From: an uncultured Bacteroidota bacterium | GTDB lineage: Bacteria; Bacteroidota; Bacteroidia; AKYH767-A; 2013-40CM-41-45 | Assembly: GCA_963775555.1 (NCBI GenBank) | Contig: CAVZJJ010000002.1 | Span: 578,889 to 642,888, forward strand | Direction of reading: 5' to 3' | Length of the DNA: 64,000 bases | Part shown: piece by piece, positions 27,982 to 37,974 of the stretch | How the letters are laid out: each line of letters begins with the position of its first letter | How positions within the stretch are numbered: the first letter of the stretch is position 1 | Position numbers and translations under genes: made by a program | Notes under the pieces: generated by a model | Database searches by the model: none | Seen by the model: the letters and a program-made list of their open reading frames with translations, nothing else | What the model was told of the DNA's origin: nothing

Positions 27982-28710
27982 CCCCAGATTTGTTCCAGGA
28001 CCTTGTGTGATTTTATATTTCCAAAACCGGAAATATGTAGTTGGTAATATTCTAATATTCGTTCGATCAATTCTCTTTTTTCATTGGCCGGAATTTTCAG
28101 GTTGGCGGAAAAATCAGGAAGGTGACGGAGCAATTTGGTGAAAATAATTGCTGCAGACCGGGCTCAAGGAAGAATGGATGCGGCGGAGTGTCGGTTTGAA
28201 ATGTTCCTTCCTGGAGATTAAAGACAAGGCAGTGTTTCTGGAGTAATTGTCTGTAGGAAAAAATCCCAGATACTTACTCAGTTGCAATAAAAACAAGAGA
28301 TGAAAATCTGAATTTGCCGGTTCATGTACATCCAGCCACTGTATAGAGTGAAACAGGAAATCAAATAGTTGTGCATTAGCTTCTTCTTCGCGGATGGATT
28401 TGTATAAGACTTCGTTGAGGAAGAGAGCCATTGAACTTTTTAGTACATCAAATGGAACTGTACGAAGTGTGGGGGATGGTCGGATTTCAGAAATCCGCTG
28501 AAGTCCGCTCACGTTCTTTGTGGTAAACGACCATTTCAACCAGAGCTGAGTGATTGGAAGACGGAGGAGCGAATCTTGGCATTTTTTTTTCGGACACTGT
28601 TCACGATGATATGATTGGAATCCAAAAAGTTCGGTGTACATCTTTACCACGACGCTGGTTTCGGAATACTCTGTCGTGTGAAAAACGATCCCGCGTGTTT
28701 TATGCAACAT
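27978..28710 (-). pseudogene. recO: DNA repair protein RecO, disrupted by at least 3 frameshifts
   Basis: N-terminus MLHKTRGIVFHTTEYSETSVVVKMYTELFGFQSY. An internal segment of the 198-aa ORF is out of register. By manual translation the true C-terminus (VFNLQEGTFQTD...; KRELIERILEYYQLHISGFGNIKSHKVLEQIWG*) is recovered in two other frames. The start overlaps the upstream gene stop by 1 nt (TGATG). Confidence 0.85.
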
Positions 28711-31085
28711 CAGTTCGCGAATAATAATTTAGTGACACAGGTTTCCGTGCCGTCTGCATTACTGACAAAGACAGTATAGACTCCGGTTTGCACACGTTCT
28801 CCTCCAAAATTTGTTCCGTTCCAGATGGCTTGTCCTCCATTCGCAATCGTATGAAAAACCAGGTTGCCCGAAACATCTGTAATTTTAACATCAGCATTTT
28901 CTATCAATCCGCGAATTGCAATCGGTCCGTGATAATCATGCGTAACAGGATTTGGAAATACCAGGTAGTCTTCGCAAGCTTCGCCTCCTTCGGTGGCATC
29001 ACCCCGGTATGAAACTATTCCTTTGTCTGTTCCGATAAAACACTTCTCCGCTTTTTTCATCAACGGCAATTGCGGTAATTGCATTTGAAGGCAAAGGAGA
29101 ATTGCTGGTATTGAAGTTGAGTAATTGTTTGGTGCCATCGGCAGACATGAGAAATACTCCACCACTGGTTGTTCCAAACCACTTTCTGTTGGCGCCGTCA
29201 ATGGTTATGGCGGATACCGCTTCAGTTTCGAGAAGGTACTGCGCATTTCCATCTTGTTCGATGATGATTTGCTGGGAATCAAAGGAGCCACCTGAAAAAA
29301 CATTTGCCGGGTTATAAATGACCGAGACACCTTTGTTTGTTCCAATCCATATTGCGCCGTCTTTGTCTTTGGCAAGGGAACGGACAAACATATCAGGCAA
29401 GGCACCTCTGCCCGGATCACCTGTAATTCGTCGGAAATTGATCATCACTTGTATTTGCTGCGGTCATTTTCATTAAATACACCAATGCCTTGTCCCTGCA
29501 CTTGCGCCCTCTCGGGCAATAAACCATTTTTGATTATAGTCATCCACAACGATTTGGTATAAACCAAATCGTGCCATGTCTGCATTCGGAATCACAAACG
29601 ATTGCCAGCTTCCATCCGGGCGGCGCACAGAAATAGGAGAAGTATTTCCTCCGGCAACTACCCATAAGTTATTGTTATCATCAAAGGTGACGCCGCCGGC
29701 AATAATATAATTACCTAATCCGCTGATTCCTCTCAATGAGCTGTTCGAAGCTTTATAAATTTCTACACCGCCTGATTTGCTGGATTCCATACACTCCAAC
29801 ACCCCAGCACGCAAAGAAGGCATGTTCAGGATCGGAAGGATCAACGGCGACGGAAATCAGCGCGGGTGAACCTGAAGCAATGAGTGCATTATATATCTTG
29901 ATCATTGCTGTTATCATAGGTGGTCCAAGAGTTGTTCGAAAAAAGATAAGATCCATTTTTCTGTTGATAATTAGGAGCATCATCCTGACAATGCTCCGGA
30001 GGCAACCCATGTGTTTCCTCCCCGGCTATCCATGGCCCATACTGCAGCAGATCGCGGCCCGTTTGGTGCAATGATCTGAAGTTATAAGGATTAACTGAAA
30101 AGCGAATCAGGCCTTATTCTTGTCGGCTACCCAGAAAATGCCATCGGTATCCTACAAATCCACTCGCGATATTTGCATTTCCATACATGTTAATATTCAC
30201 TTGATTTACTTGCGTGCCTGTTGGCATCCAATGCAGATACTTTGTAATTATTCCTGTAGAGTAAAAGATTGTTGTAAGAATCAATGCGACCTCCTTCATA
30301 ATCATCATTAAAAAAAGGTGATCCAGGTTCCACCATTGTTCACCAGCAGAGAGTCTTTTGAATAAGCCGCATTTGTTTTAATGGTATAGAATTTTCCACT
30401 GAGTGATGTCACTGATGTGTAATTGCCATAGGTTGAAACCAGATTAGTTTCACGCACCCAGGCGGTATAATTAAAAATATTCGGGTCGTTGAAGTTGGCC
30501 CTAAACATTCCACTGTCTGTAACAGCAAGTAATTGCGAGCCATTATATGCTAGGCCATTTACATTTGCATTTTGTCCGTTTTGTCCAATGTAATAGGTGT
30601 CGCTGATTTCTCTGCGGGAAAGGTTGATAACCACAATTCCAAACTGGCAGGATAAATACGCATTCCCTTCTGCGAACATAATATGGTTGATGCGTTTTCC
30701 TCCGATGATATTTTTTCGTCTTGATATCAGCTAGGTTCACGATGCTGTGATCCGGAAGTAATTAAATCGATGTTGGATGTTTGATAAGCAATCAGTACAA
30801 TACCGCTTTGTGGGTCAGCACGTGATTCCGGAAATTTCATAGTCAGACAGTCCACTAAGGCGGGTCAACAGGTTTATTTCTCCGTCGTCTTTCGAGTAAC
30901 TGAACACTCCATATTGACTTGCTGCATATACGGTTCTTCCAATTTCAGTCACATCAATGACTTTATTGAAGGGAATATGTTCCCTCCATTGGCCGATGGC
31001 GATGTGGGATTTTGTGCAGATAGAATGGAACTAATGGAAAGTAACAGGGAAAGAAGAGCCTAAATCCGGTATAGATTTTTTTCAT
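28710..31085 (-). pseudogene. PorZ-like T9SS protein (two-component-regulator-propeller repeats plus T9SS C-terminal domain), fragmented by many frameshifts
   Basis: Minus-strand fragments 28710..29201, 28999..29448, 29473..29844, 29753..30010 and 30308..30679, plus the manually read N-terminus (MKKIYTGFRLFF...WREHIPFNKVIDVTEIGRTVYAASQYGVFSYSKDDGEIN), form one ~790-aa protein. Reg_prop-like blades are present (DKDGAIWIGTNKGVSV; [15 protein letters not shown]). The C-terminus reads [10 protein letters not shown]...[12 protein letters not shown]...GVYTVFV. Confidence 0.6.
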
Positions 31086-31282
31086 GGTAAATTCAAAAGT
31101 GGAGACATGAAGCAAACGGTCGAGGCTTCATTTTATTGTTAATTTGCCGGTAAAATTACGAATTTTGAGCCAGCCCGGTATGTTAATTGCCACGAATACA
31201 CGAATGTATAATTTATCATGCATTCGAGGCTGGAATCTTAAATTTTTTAAAACCTTTAGCTTCTCTTTGTACATATTCCAAT

Positions 31283-32389
31283 ATGAAGCGTTTTTTTCAA
31301 TTTATTGATAGCTCTTGTCTCCGCCTTGAAAAAAAATGGGGCCTTGGAGCAACCAGCATTCTTGTGGGTCTGATGCTTGTCGTCCTTGCTGCATTACTGA
31401 GTACTCCCCGGTGGGATCTATTCTATCATGGAAAAGGATTTTCCCGTTTATCCGAAGCTCCTTTCGACTTTTCATTGGAGAGCGGTCTTCGATACAGAAT
31501 TCTCTCACCACTTCTCGGATATGTTTTGTTTTTGAGAGGAGCGCTTTTTAAATACCTGATGCTTGCTTTCCTGGCAGCCTTTTTTGCTCTTGTTTATTTT
31601 TATCACCGAAGGAAAGGTATGGCTGCATCAGAAAGTTTCGGGATCGGTGCCTTATTGTCATTGTCAACGCTTTCTTTTTTTCAACTCTTTTTCCCGGGCT
31701 ATAATGATCCTGTATCTTATGTGCTCATATTGATTCTTCTCTTTAATCCTAAGAGAAAAACAGTAGTGATGACTTGTCTTGCACTCCTGCTTTTTAATCA
31801 TGAGAATACCATTTTCCTTTTTCCCTTTTTCTTCTTATTTCTTTTAGCCGGGGAATACTCTTTCAGGAAAATTGTTTCAACGATGACAATGATTTTACCT
31901 GCTGTCATAATCTATTTTGTATACCGTGTTATAATCAACGCTATTTCGGAGGTTGACTTTGATACTTCCTATTATTTCAGCAGGGAAAACTTACGGTGGA
32001 CCTGGGATCACGTGTCTGAGTACCTGGTGGTAGGGATATTTCAGGCTTTCAGAGCGGGGTGGGTTTTTCTTCTCCTTGCCCTCTCAATAAATATTAAACA
32101 AAAGCGCTACGGGGAAATAGCGATGCTGATTACCGGATTTGCTTTTGTTGTATCTCAATTCCTGATTGCGTATGATATTTCACGTTTAACAGGTCTTGCG
32201 TTTCCTGTATTACTACTCAGTATGTGGCGTGTGAGAGACTATTTTGGTCCCGCGAACTTTTCAAAAGTTCTTTGGTTGCTGATCGCTGTAAATTTATTTA
32301 TTCCTTCCTTGTGTATAGGTGCACTGGAACCCATCCCCTATCCTCCTTTCTGGTGGCCGGGACTGAAGGAATGGTTCTTGTCTTTTTAA
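31283..32389 (+). CDS. Polytopic membrane protein of unknown function
   Basis: The ORF opens at 31187, but Met33 (31283, MKRFFQFIDSS) is the plausible start. It has ~9-10 hydrophobic helices and no motif I can name. It is convergent with the glycan operon, with a 17-nt gap. Confidence 0.6.
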   Translation: MKRFFQFIDSSCLRLEKKWGLGATSILVGLMLVVLAALLSTPRWDLFYHGKGFSRLSEAPFDFSLESGLRYRILSPLLGYVLFLRGALFKYLMLAFLAAFFALVYFYHRRKGMAASESFGIGALLSLSTLSFFQLFFPGYNDPVSYVLILILLFNPKRKTVVMTCLALLLFNHENTIFLFPFFFLFLLAGEYSFRKIVSTMTMILPAVIIYFVYRVIINAISEVDFDTSYYFSRENLRWTWDHVSEYLVVGIFQAFRAGWVFLLLALSINIKQKRYGEIAMLITGFAFVVSQFLIAYDISRLTGLAFPVLLLSMWRVRDYFGPANFSKVLWLLIAVNLFIPSLCIGALEPIPYPPFWWPGLKEWFLSF

Positions 32390-32406
32390 AAGAGGATGAA
32401 GTAAAA

Positions 32407-33321
32407 TCAATTCGCAGTTGGAGTGGAAGTTCCCTTACTTTCTTCCAGCACCATCGTTAGTTCTTCATTGCCGAGGAGGTACCAGTAACGGAAGATTCGA
32501 GTAAAAGTGCCAATGATCAATTTCTGAAATCTGCCCGGAGCTTTGTTCTTATTCGGAAATGAAAACAAATTAATGAAATTCAGTAAGAGCATCAGGCTGT
32601 CTCCACCTTTCAAACGTATATGTTGACTTTTATAGCCGCTATTTTCTGCCAACAGGGTGAGTGATTTCACATTGAAATGATTCACGTGTACAGGAACCTG
32701 CCACCATCCCCAGTAGCGTCTAAAAAAGTTGGCGGTGATGGATTTATAATTTGGGACAAGTATGTAAATTTTTCCGCCCGGGTTCAGGTGTTTCCTGAGC
32801 TGCATTAGAACCTGGCCGGGTTGTACCAAATGTTCAAGAACATGGGAGATCACTATCAGGTCAAATTTTTCATCGGAGGAGGAAATAAAATTTTCAATAC
32901 TTGTATCCCTCACATCCAGTCCCTGTTCCTTGCAATACCTTATAGCATCTTCTCCGATATCGATTCCTTTTACCTTGTATTCGTCCTTGAGTTCTTGAAG
33001 CAAGTAGCCGAACATGCAACCGACTTCGAGAACAGTCCGGTGAGTAGCGGAAGGAGAAAGATCTCTAATGTATTTTGCCATAGCCCTTGCCCTGTATTTC
33101 TTTTCTCCTAAGGCAAGCAGGTGAATAGGATAAAGGTAGGTTTCAGAATAAATTTTATTCAATTCATTCTGCGCTATGGAAGGGAAGGTGATACCGTTTG
33201 TGCAATTCAAGCATTGCACTATCGTGTACGATGTCTGCGTATAAACGGATTTCATTTCAGTGTACAAGGGCCTTCCTTGTGTACCCTTACAGCAGGAACA
33301 GGAGATGGAGATGTTCGACAT
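32407..33321 (-). CDS. Class I SAM-dependent methyltransferase with an N-terminal Cys4 zinc-ribbon
   Basis: 304-aa ORF. CSCC...CLNC forms a CxxC...CxxC ribbon. Motif I is VLEVGCMFGYLLQEL and the post-I acidic residue is in VKGIDIGE. The start overlaps the GT9 stop by 1 nt (TAATG). Confidence 0.8.
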   Translation of the reverse strand: MSNISISCSCCKGTQGRPLYTEMKSVYTQTSYTIVQCLNCTNGITFPSIAQNELNKIYSETYLYPIHLLALGEKKYRARAMAKYIRDLSPSATHRTVLEVGCMFGYLLQELKDEYKVKGIDIGEDAIRYCKEQGLDVRDTSIENFISSSDEKFDLIVISHVLEHLVQPGQVLMQLRKHLNPGGKIYILVPNYKSITANFFRRYWGWWQVPVHVNHFNVKSLTLLAENSGYKSQHIRLKGGDSLMLLLNFINLFSFPNKNKAPGRFQKLIIGTFTRIFRYWYLLGNEELTMVLEESKGTSTPTAN

Positions 33322-34586
33322 TAGCTTCTTTCGACGAGGCCCAGCGTGTTCATGCCGTTTGAAATAGCAAATTGCTGAGGGAAGGCTGGAAATTCCGGAG
33401 GAGACAGAAACTCATTTCGCAAAAGGTGTTTGCAGAGTTCTTCCACTTCCTCCACTGTAATTAATTTCATACACTGGTTGTCTCCTTTACAGGGAGGTGT
33501 CAGGAATTCATGTACACATGGTGAGCAATAAATGTTTTTGTATAAGCCAAAGGCATATGGGTTTTGTCCATATTGTGAAGGCGATGCAGGGCCGAACAAA
33601 CAAACTGTTGGTTTTTTCAATGCGAAGGAAATGTGCATCGGTCCTGTGTCGTTGGTGACGGTCAGACTGGCTCCGGAAATAAGGGAAAATAATTCGCCCA
33701 GGGAAAACATCCCGGCAGTATTGAATACTTTTTCCTTAGCCGGTTCGGTGATGAGTTGGAGCAGTTGCTGCACCCATTCATTTTCGTTTTTTGTGCCGAT
33801 CAGGTAAAAATTCAAATCAGGAAATTCCGCGGATAAACGTGTGATGAGTGAAGCAAATTTCTCCAGGGGCCATCGTCTTTCTACCCGGAGATCGGAAGCA
33901 TTCGGGTTGATTACAATGTACCTGGAAATAACTTCAGAGTGAAGACTTCCCAGTTTCTTTTGACAGCTGTCTTTTTCTTCCTGAGTTACACGGAAGGGAA
34001 ACAGTTCCTTTTCAATTTCCCGGCATCCTACGAGCCGGCCCATCTGCAAATAAGATTCGGCTATCGGTGCACGCGGATTAAAAAACATCATGTGCGTATA
34101 TACTCCCATGCGTATGTTGCGTTCCGCCCGGTAGAAACCAATACGGTTCCTTGACAGACTGAGCGTAGCCACAGCAGTGCTGTAGTAAGAATAAGTTTCC
34201 AGGTCTATGTAGAGGTCGATTTTCTTCTTCCATAACTTGCGAAGCAATCTCCAGGTTGAGCCAAGGACGGAAGTAATGTTTTTATCATCTACGCACCAGA
34301 CCTCATTGATCGGCAGTATTTTTTTTAGCAGTGACTCGTTGGCCTTTGCCGTAACAAAATATATTTTGGCGCGAGGGAAACTTTGGCGCAGCGTTTGTAA
34401 TAAAGGTGTGGCTTGGATGATGCTTCCCATTCCCATAAATTTGCACACTACGATACAATCAGGAATTTTTTCAAAGCTATGGTTGATCGAAAGTATTTTC
34501 CCAAGTATGCGTGCACATATGTTGAGCAGGTAGACGGCGAGGCGTCCAATCCACTCATCCAGAACAACTTTTGATCTTGTCTTCAA
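33321..34586 (-). CDS. Glycosyltransferase family 9 (heptosyltransferase-like)
   Basis: 421-aa ORF with the C-terminal GT9 signature LISGASLTVTNDTGPMHISFALKKPTVCLFGP. The start lies 2 nt after the upstream gene stop. Confidence 0.8.
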   Translation of the reverse strand: MKTRSKVVLDEWIGRLAVYLLNICARILGKILSINHSFEKIPDCIVVCKFMGMGSIIQATPLLQTLRQSFPRAKIYFVTAKANESLLKKILPINEVWCVDDKNITSVLGSTWRLLRKLWKKKIDLYIDLETYSYYSTAVATLSLSRNRIGFYRAERNIRMGVYTHMMFFNPRAPIAESYLQMGRLVGCREIEKELFPFRVTQEEKDSCQKKLGSLHSEVISRYIVINPNASDLRVERRWPLEKFASLITRLSAEFPDLNFYLIGTKNENEWVQQLLQLITEPAKEKVFNTAGMFSLGELFSLISGASLTVTNDTGPMHISFALKKPTVCLFGPASPSQYGQNPYAFGLYKNIYCSPCVHEFLTPPCKGDNQCMKLITVEEVEELCKHLLRNEFLSPPEFPAFPQQFAISNGMNTLGLVERS

Positions 34587-34588
34587 TG

Positions 34589-37500
34589 TCAGTCTCCTTT
34601 TTCTATGTCAATCATTTCAAGTTCCAGGTCAGCACCGATCGGATACAATGAGAGCCATTCCGTTTCCCGGCGTGACCAATTGTATTGCTCACTGACGCGG
34701 ATCTTGTATTCTTTCATTTCTGAACTGTTCTTCACAGTAAATATAATTGATCCGAGCTTTTCATTTTTTGAACCGTAATTCAGGATCACATCAGCCGGTT
34801 TTTCTCCGCGGATCCTTGCCTTCAGCCGGATGTAATTGCCCTCTTCTTTGTTCCCGATCATCGGCAATATAAACCTGATTTCAGCGTCAGCTTTTTGAGT
34901 ATAGTTCTGACTCAGAACTTTTATTCCGGTATTTTCATTTTCTTTTGATTTGTCAAAGTTACCCCAAACATACGGAATCAGTTTCAGGGAATGTTCCCTT
35001 GCTTGTGATGTAAAAAGTTCAGGAAGATATTTGCATTTATAGATCTGGATGGAAGAGATTGAATAAGTTGTTGCTCCCGGGAGTTGAACTTCCAGTGCCT
35101 GTAGAAATTCTTCTCCTGGTTTTTGATCGAGTATGATGAAGGGTTCTGAATACCCATTCGAAATCCGGAGTTCGGTTTTTCTGCTCTCTGTTCCCTGCTT
35201 ACCGGAATATGTGGAAATCAAGGAAAGCGTTCCCTGTGTTCCGGAAATCATAGACATGCTCATATAATAATGAAGGGTATCGCTCAATGCCAGCGGTGAT
35301 GATATAATATTTTTCAAGCGAAGCATTTCGTCCGGACGGCCTTCAAATATAATACTGTCTCTGAGGGAAGCACCGTGGATCTCCATCATGGAAAGTTTGT
35401 TCGTCTCATTGACCGGATAAGAGACGGGTTCTTGAAGTCTGCTGTTTTTTCTTAGCCAGATGGCGTGCTTATTCAGTATCGCGTAAGGCTTGTAATTCCT
35501 GTATATGTATTCACTGATTTTGTAATGTCTCAAAGTATTGGGAATGCCGTCAAGATAATCCCAAAATGTATTGGGAACATTTGAAAATATTACGACAGGA
35601 ATATCATACGCTTGCAGTCCCTCGAGCAGATCCATTTGCATCTTATCATTGTGTGCCGTATGTGGAATCTGGCAGAGGTAATTGGGAGTGATACGGTGCA
35701 GATAATAATAAAGCATTGGTGTGTTGCTGAAATCAAGAAATGTGCTTGAATCTGCAAAGTTGCTTTTGAAAAATTCATCCAGTTCCCTGTAGTTGTTGGC
35801 GACATCTGCTGATTCAGGTGTCCTGTTAATTTTTGCAGAGGAAGGAAGAGGGAAAATCGCTTGTTTTAAATTTGCCTTGGCAAATGAATACATATTGTTT
35901 CTGGTCAGTTCAGGGCTGTTGAACTTATAATTGACGACCAGCAGGGAGGCAATCATTGTGAAAAGGAAAAAAAGCATTGTCTTTTCTTTCCGGAAGCGCT
36001 GATTGAAGAAGGCACTAATTCCAAGGATGAAGAAGCCATAGGATGTGAATGCAGTGTCCCATTGTTCTGCCAGTGTGTGTCGGACGAGTCCACGCTGGAA
36101 GTTGGCAAAGTAAAAGATGCTCAGGAAAAGGATAGATAATGCCAACGCTATTGTTTCTTTATTTCTGCCTTTTTCGCGGATCATGCGCACAAAAGCATGA
36201 GCAGCTGCGAGCAATACAGCAAGTGGCAAGACAAAATACAAGGAATAGTATTTCATGTCTTTAACTCCCGACAGGTCTTTTACCCCATAGGATTGTAAGG
36301 AAGACATGTATCCTAATGCTTCGGAGATTCTTTGAAAAATGTTGCCATGCCATAGGATCAGCACGCTTAAAAACAGAAGAAGAGTCAAAAGGATCAGCAT
36401 TCCAAATCCTTTCAAGAGCTTTTTGTAATCCGGGTGGAAGTCAGGCACAGCAAATGTGAGCAACAAGATACCGCCTAAGCCCGCGAGGAGATTGGCAGCT
36501 CCCAGGTCAATACGCCAGCCAATCATCAGGATCAGTATCAGGAAATAAAGGAAGTAATTTCCAACGCTTTGTTTCCGGTAAATATTCAGCAAGGCCAGAA
36601 TGGTAAGCGGAATGAAATTATAGTAAGACGGAAGAATGAAATCAGAGTAGGGATATAAGATCGCGATAAAAAATGCGATCAATCCATTGTTCGTGATCCG
36701 AAAAAGAAAAAAGTAGATAAGCAGACTGATGAGGACCGGAATAATGAACTGATAAACAAATCCACCCAACGGATTGTATCCATTCAAAAGAGAGAATAAG
36801 ATACCCGGGCCAAAATCTGAAAATGCATGAGAACTGAATGTGTCCAGGAAGGGAATTTTTCCAAAATCGAAAAATTGCTGCATAGGAAGGATACGGTTTG
36901 CGTCTTCAAACCAATCCACCACCGGAGAAACAATTGGAGTATATGTCGCAAGTGTTGCTATTGCTCCAACTAATATCGGAAGCCAGGATTTGCCAAGTGC
37001 ATTAAACAATCCCTTGTCTTGAACAAGAACACTTTTCTTCCATTTTCTGTTTCGGTAAATTGTCCAGATGAACAGAATAAGCAATAGGGAAAAATACAAA
37101 GTGCTGCCAGGTAAAGTGTAGATTTCATGCTGGTTGAGAATGAAGTAAAGTTCTGTGGCTAATACACTAAGTAAAGGGATGAAGGCAAGTGGAGCAGAGA
37201 CTGAGATCGTTTTCAACAACCATGCAGCCGACAAGGGCTTGATCCGTTGTATTCGGAAGTAGAAAAATAAAAGAGAAAAAGAGAACACAGACAGGAATAC
37301 CGGCAGGGAAGGTGTTCCGGTTTTTCCGGCCAGTGAAAGCAGTTGTAACTGAAGGAAGTAAAGACTAAAAGACAAAGAGAAGATCCAAACAATCAAAGCC
37401 GTATAGATTTTTTCTGAATCATCGAATTTCCAAATGAGCTTAAGTCCAATTCCCGCAATCACCACCAGCTGAAAGGCCAGAATCAAGTGCAGGGAAGGCT

Positions 37501-37861
37501 GCATGTCGGCGCCGAGCAATTGGAAGAAAAGAAGGATGAACCCTGAAGCAGCACTGGCATTAAGTAATTGCCAATCTGCCGGCGAAATAATCTCCCAGAA
37601 CCGTTGTATAATGTAGGTAAAGACAGGTGCAAGAAGTACGAAGGCAAAAATTGCTTTGTAAAAAGCACTTACCCTCTTTGCAATATCAATTCCTTCTGAT
37701 GTCGCCACTGAAATGGACCTTCCATCAAAGAGTTCCAGTTGAAAACCTGTGTTCTGAAAAAAATGGTAAACGAGGTAGAGGGAGAAAAAAAGCGGGATGA
37801 AGAGAAAATCGCGCAAGCCGGAATCCTCATTGAAAAAAAGTCTTTTTCCTTTCTCAGCCAT
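34589..37861 (-). CDS. Giant (1090 aa) polytopic membrane protein with a ~450-aa C-terminal soluble region, function unknown
   Basis: The N-terminal ~640 aa is almost entirely hydrophobic helices (about 20 or more by eye), followed by a hydrophilic region with no motif I recognise. It is embedded between GT-C-like and GT9 genes in one tight operon. Confidence 0.75.
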   Translation of the reverse strand: MAEKGKRLFFNEDSGLRDFLFIPLFFSLYLVYHFFQNTGFQLELFDGRSISVATSEGIDIAKRVSAFYKAIFAFVLLAPVFTYIIQRFWEIISPADWQLLNASAASGFILLFFQLLGADMQPSLHLILAFQLVVIAGIGLKLIWKFDDSEKIYTALIVWIFSLSFSLYFLQLQLLSLAGKTGTPSLPVFLSVFSFSLLFFYFRIQRIKPLSAAWLLKTISVSAPLAFIPLLSVLATELYFILNQHEIYTLPGSTLYFSLLLILFIWTIYRNRKWKKSVLVQDKGLFNALGKSWLPILVGAIATLATYTPIVSPVVDWFEDANRILPMQQFFDFGKIPFLDTFSSHAFSDFGPGILFSLLNGYNPLGGFVYQFIIPVLISLLIYFFLFRITNNGLIAFFIAILYPYSDFILPSYYNFIPLTILALLNIYRKQSVGNYFLYFLILILMIGWRIDLGAANLLAGLGGILLLTFAVPDFHPDYKKLLKGFGMLILLTLLLFLSVLILWHGNIFQRISEALGYMSSLQSYGVKDLSGVKDMKYYSLYFVLPLAVLLAAAHAFVRMIREKGRNKETIALALSILFLSIFYFANFQRGLVRHTLAEQWDTAFTSYGFFILGISAFFNQRFRKEKTMLFFLFTMIASLLVVNYKFNSPELTRNNMYSFAKANLKQAIFPLPSSAKINRTPESADVANNYRELDEFFKSNFADSSTFLDFSNTPMLYYYLHRITPNYLCQIPHTAHNDKMQMDLLEGLQAYDIPVVIFSNVPNTFWDYLDGIPNTLRHYKISEYIYRNYKPYAILNKHAIWLRKNSRLQEPVSYPVNETNKLSMMEIHGASLRDSIIFEGRPDEMLRLKNIISSPLALSDTLHYYMSMSMISGTQGTLSLISTYSGKQGTESRKTELRISNGYSEPFIILDQKPGEEFLQALEVQLPGATTYSISSIQIYKCKYLPELFTSQAREHSLKLIPYVWGNFDKSKENENTGIKVLSQNYTQKADAEIRFILPMIGNKEEGNYIRLKARIRGEKPADVILNYGSKNEKLGSIIFTVKNSSEMKEYKIRVSEQYNWSRRETEWLSLYPIGADLELEMIDIEKGD

Positions 37862-37974
37862 TTCAGTCTTTAAGTTTCCCTGTCTAAAAATTATGCGGTT
37901 AAATTATAAAAATCCATCTCTCGAAAGGGGAGTATCAAAGTGAATTATAAGCTTCACATGTGAATAAAGAGGAT

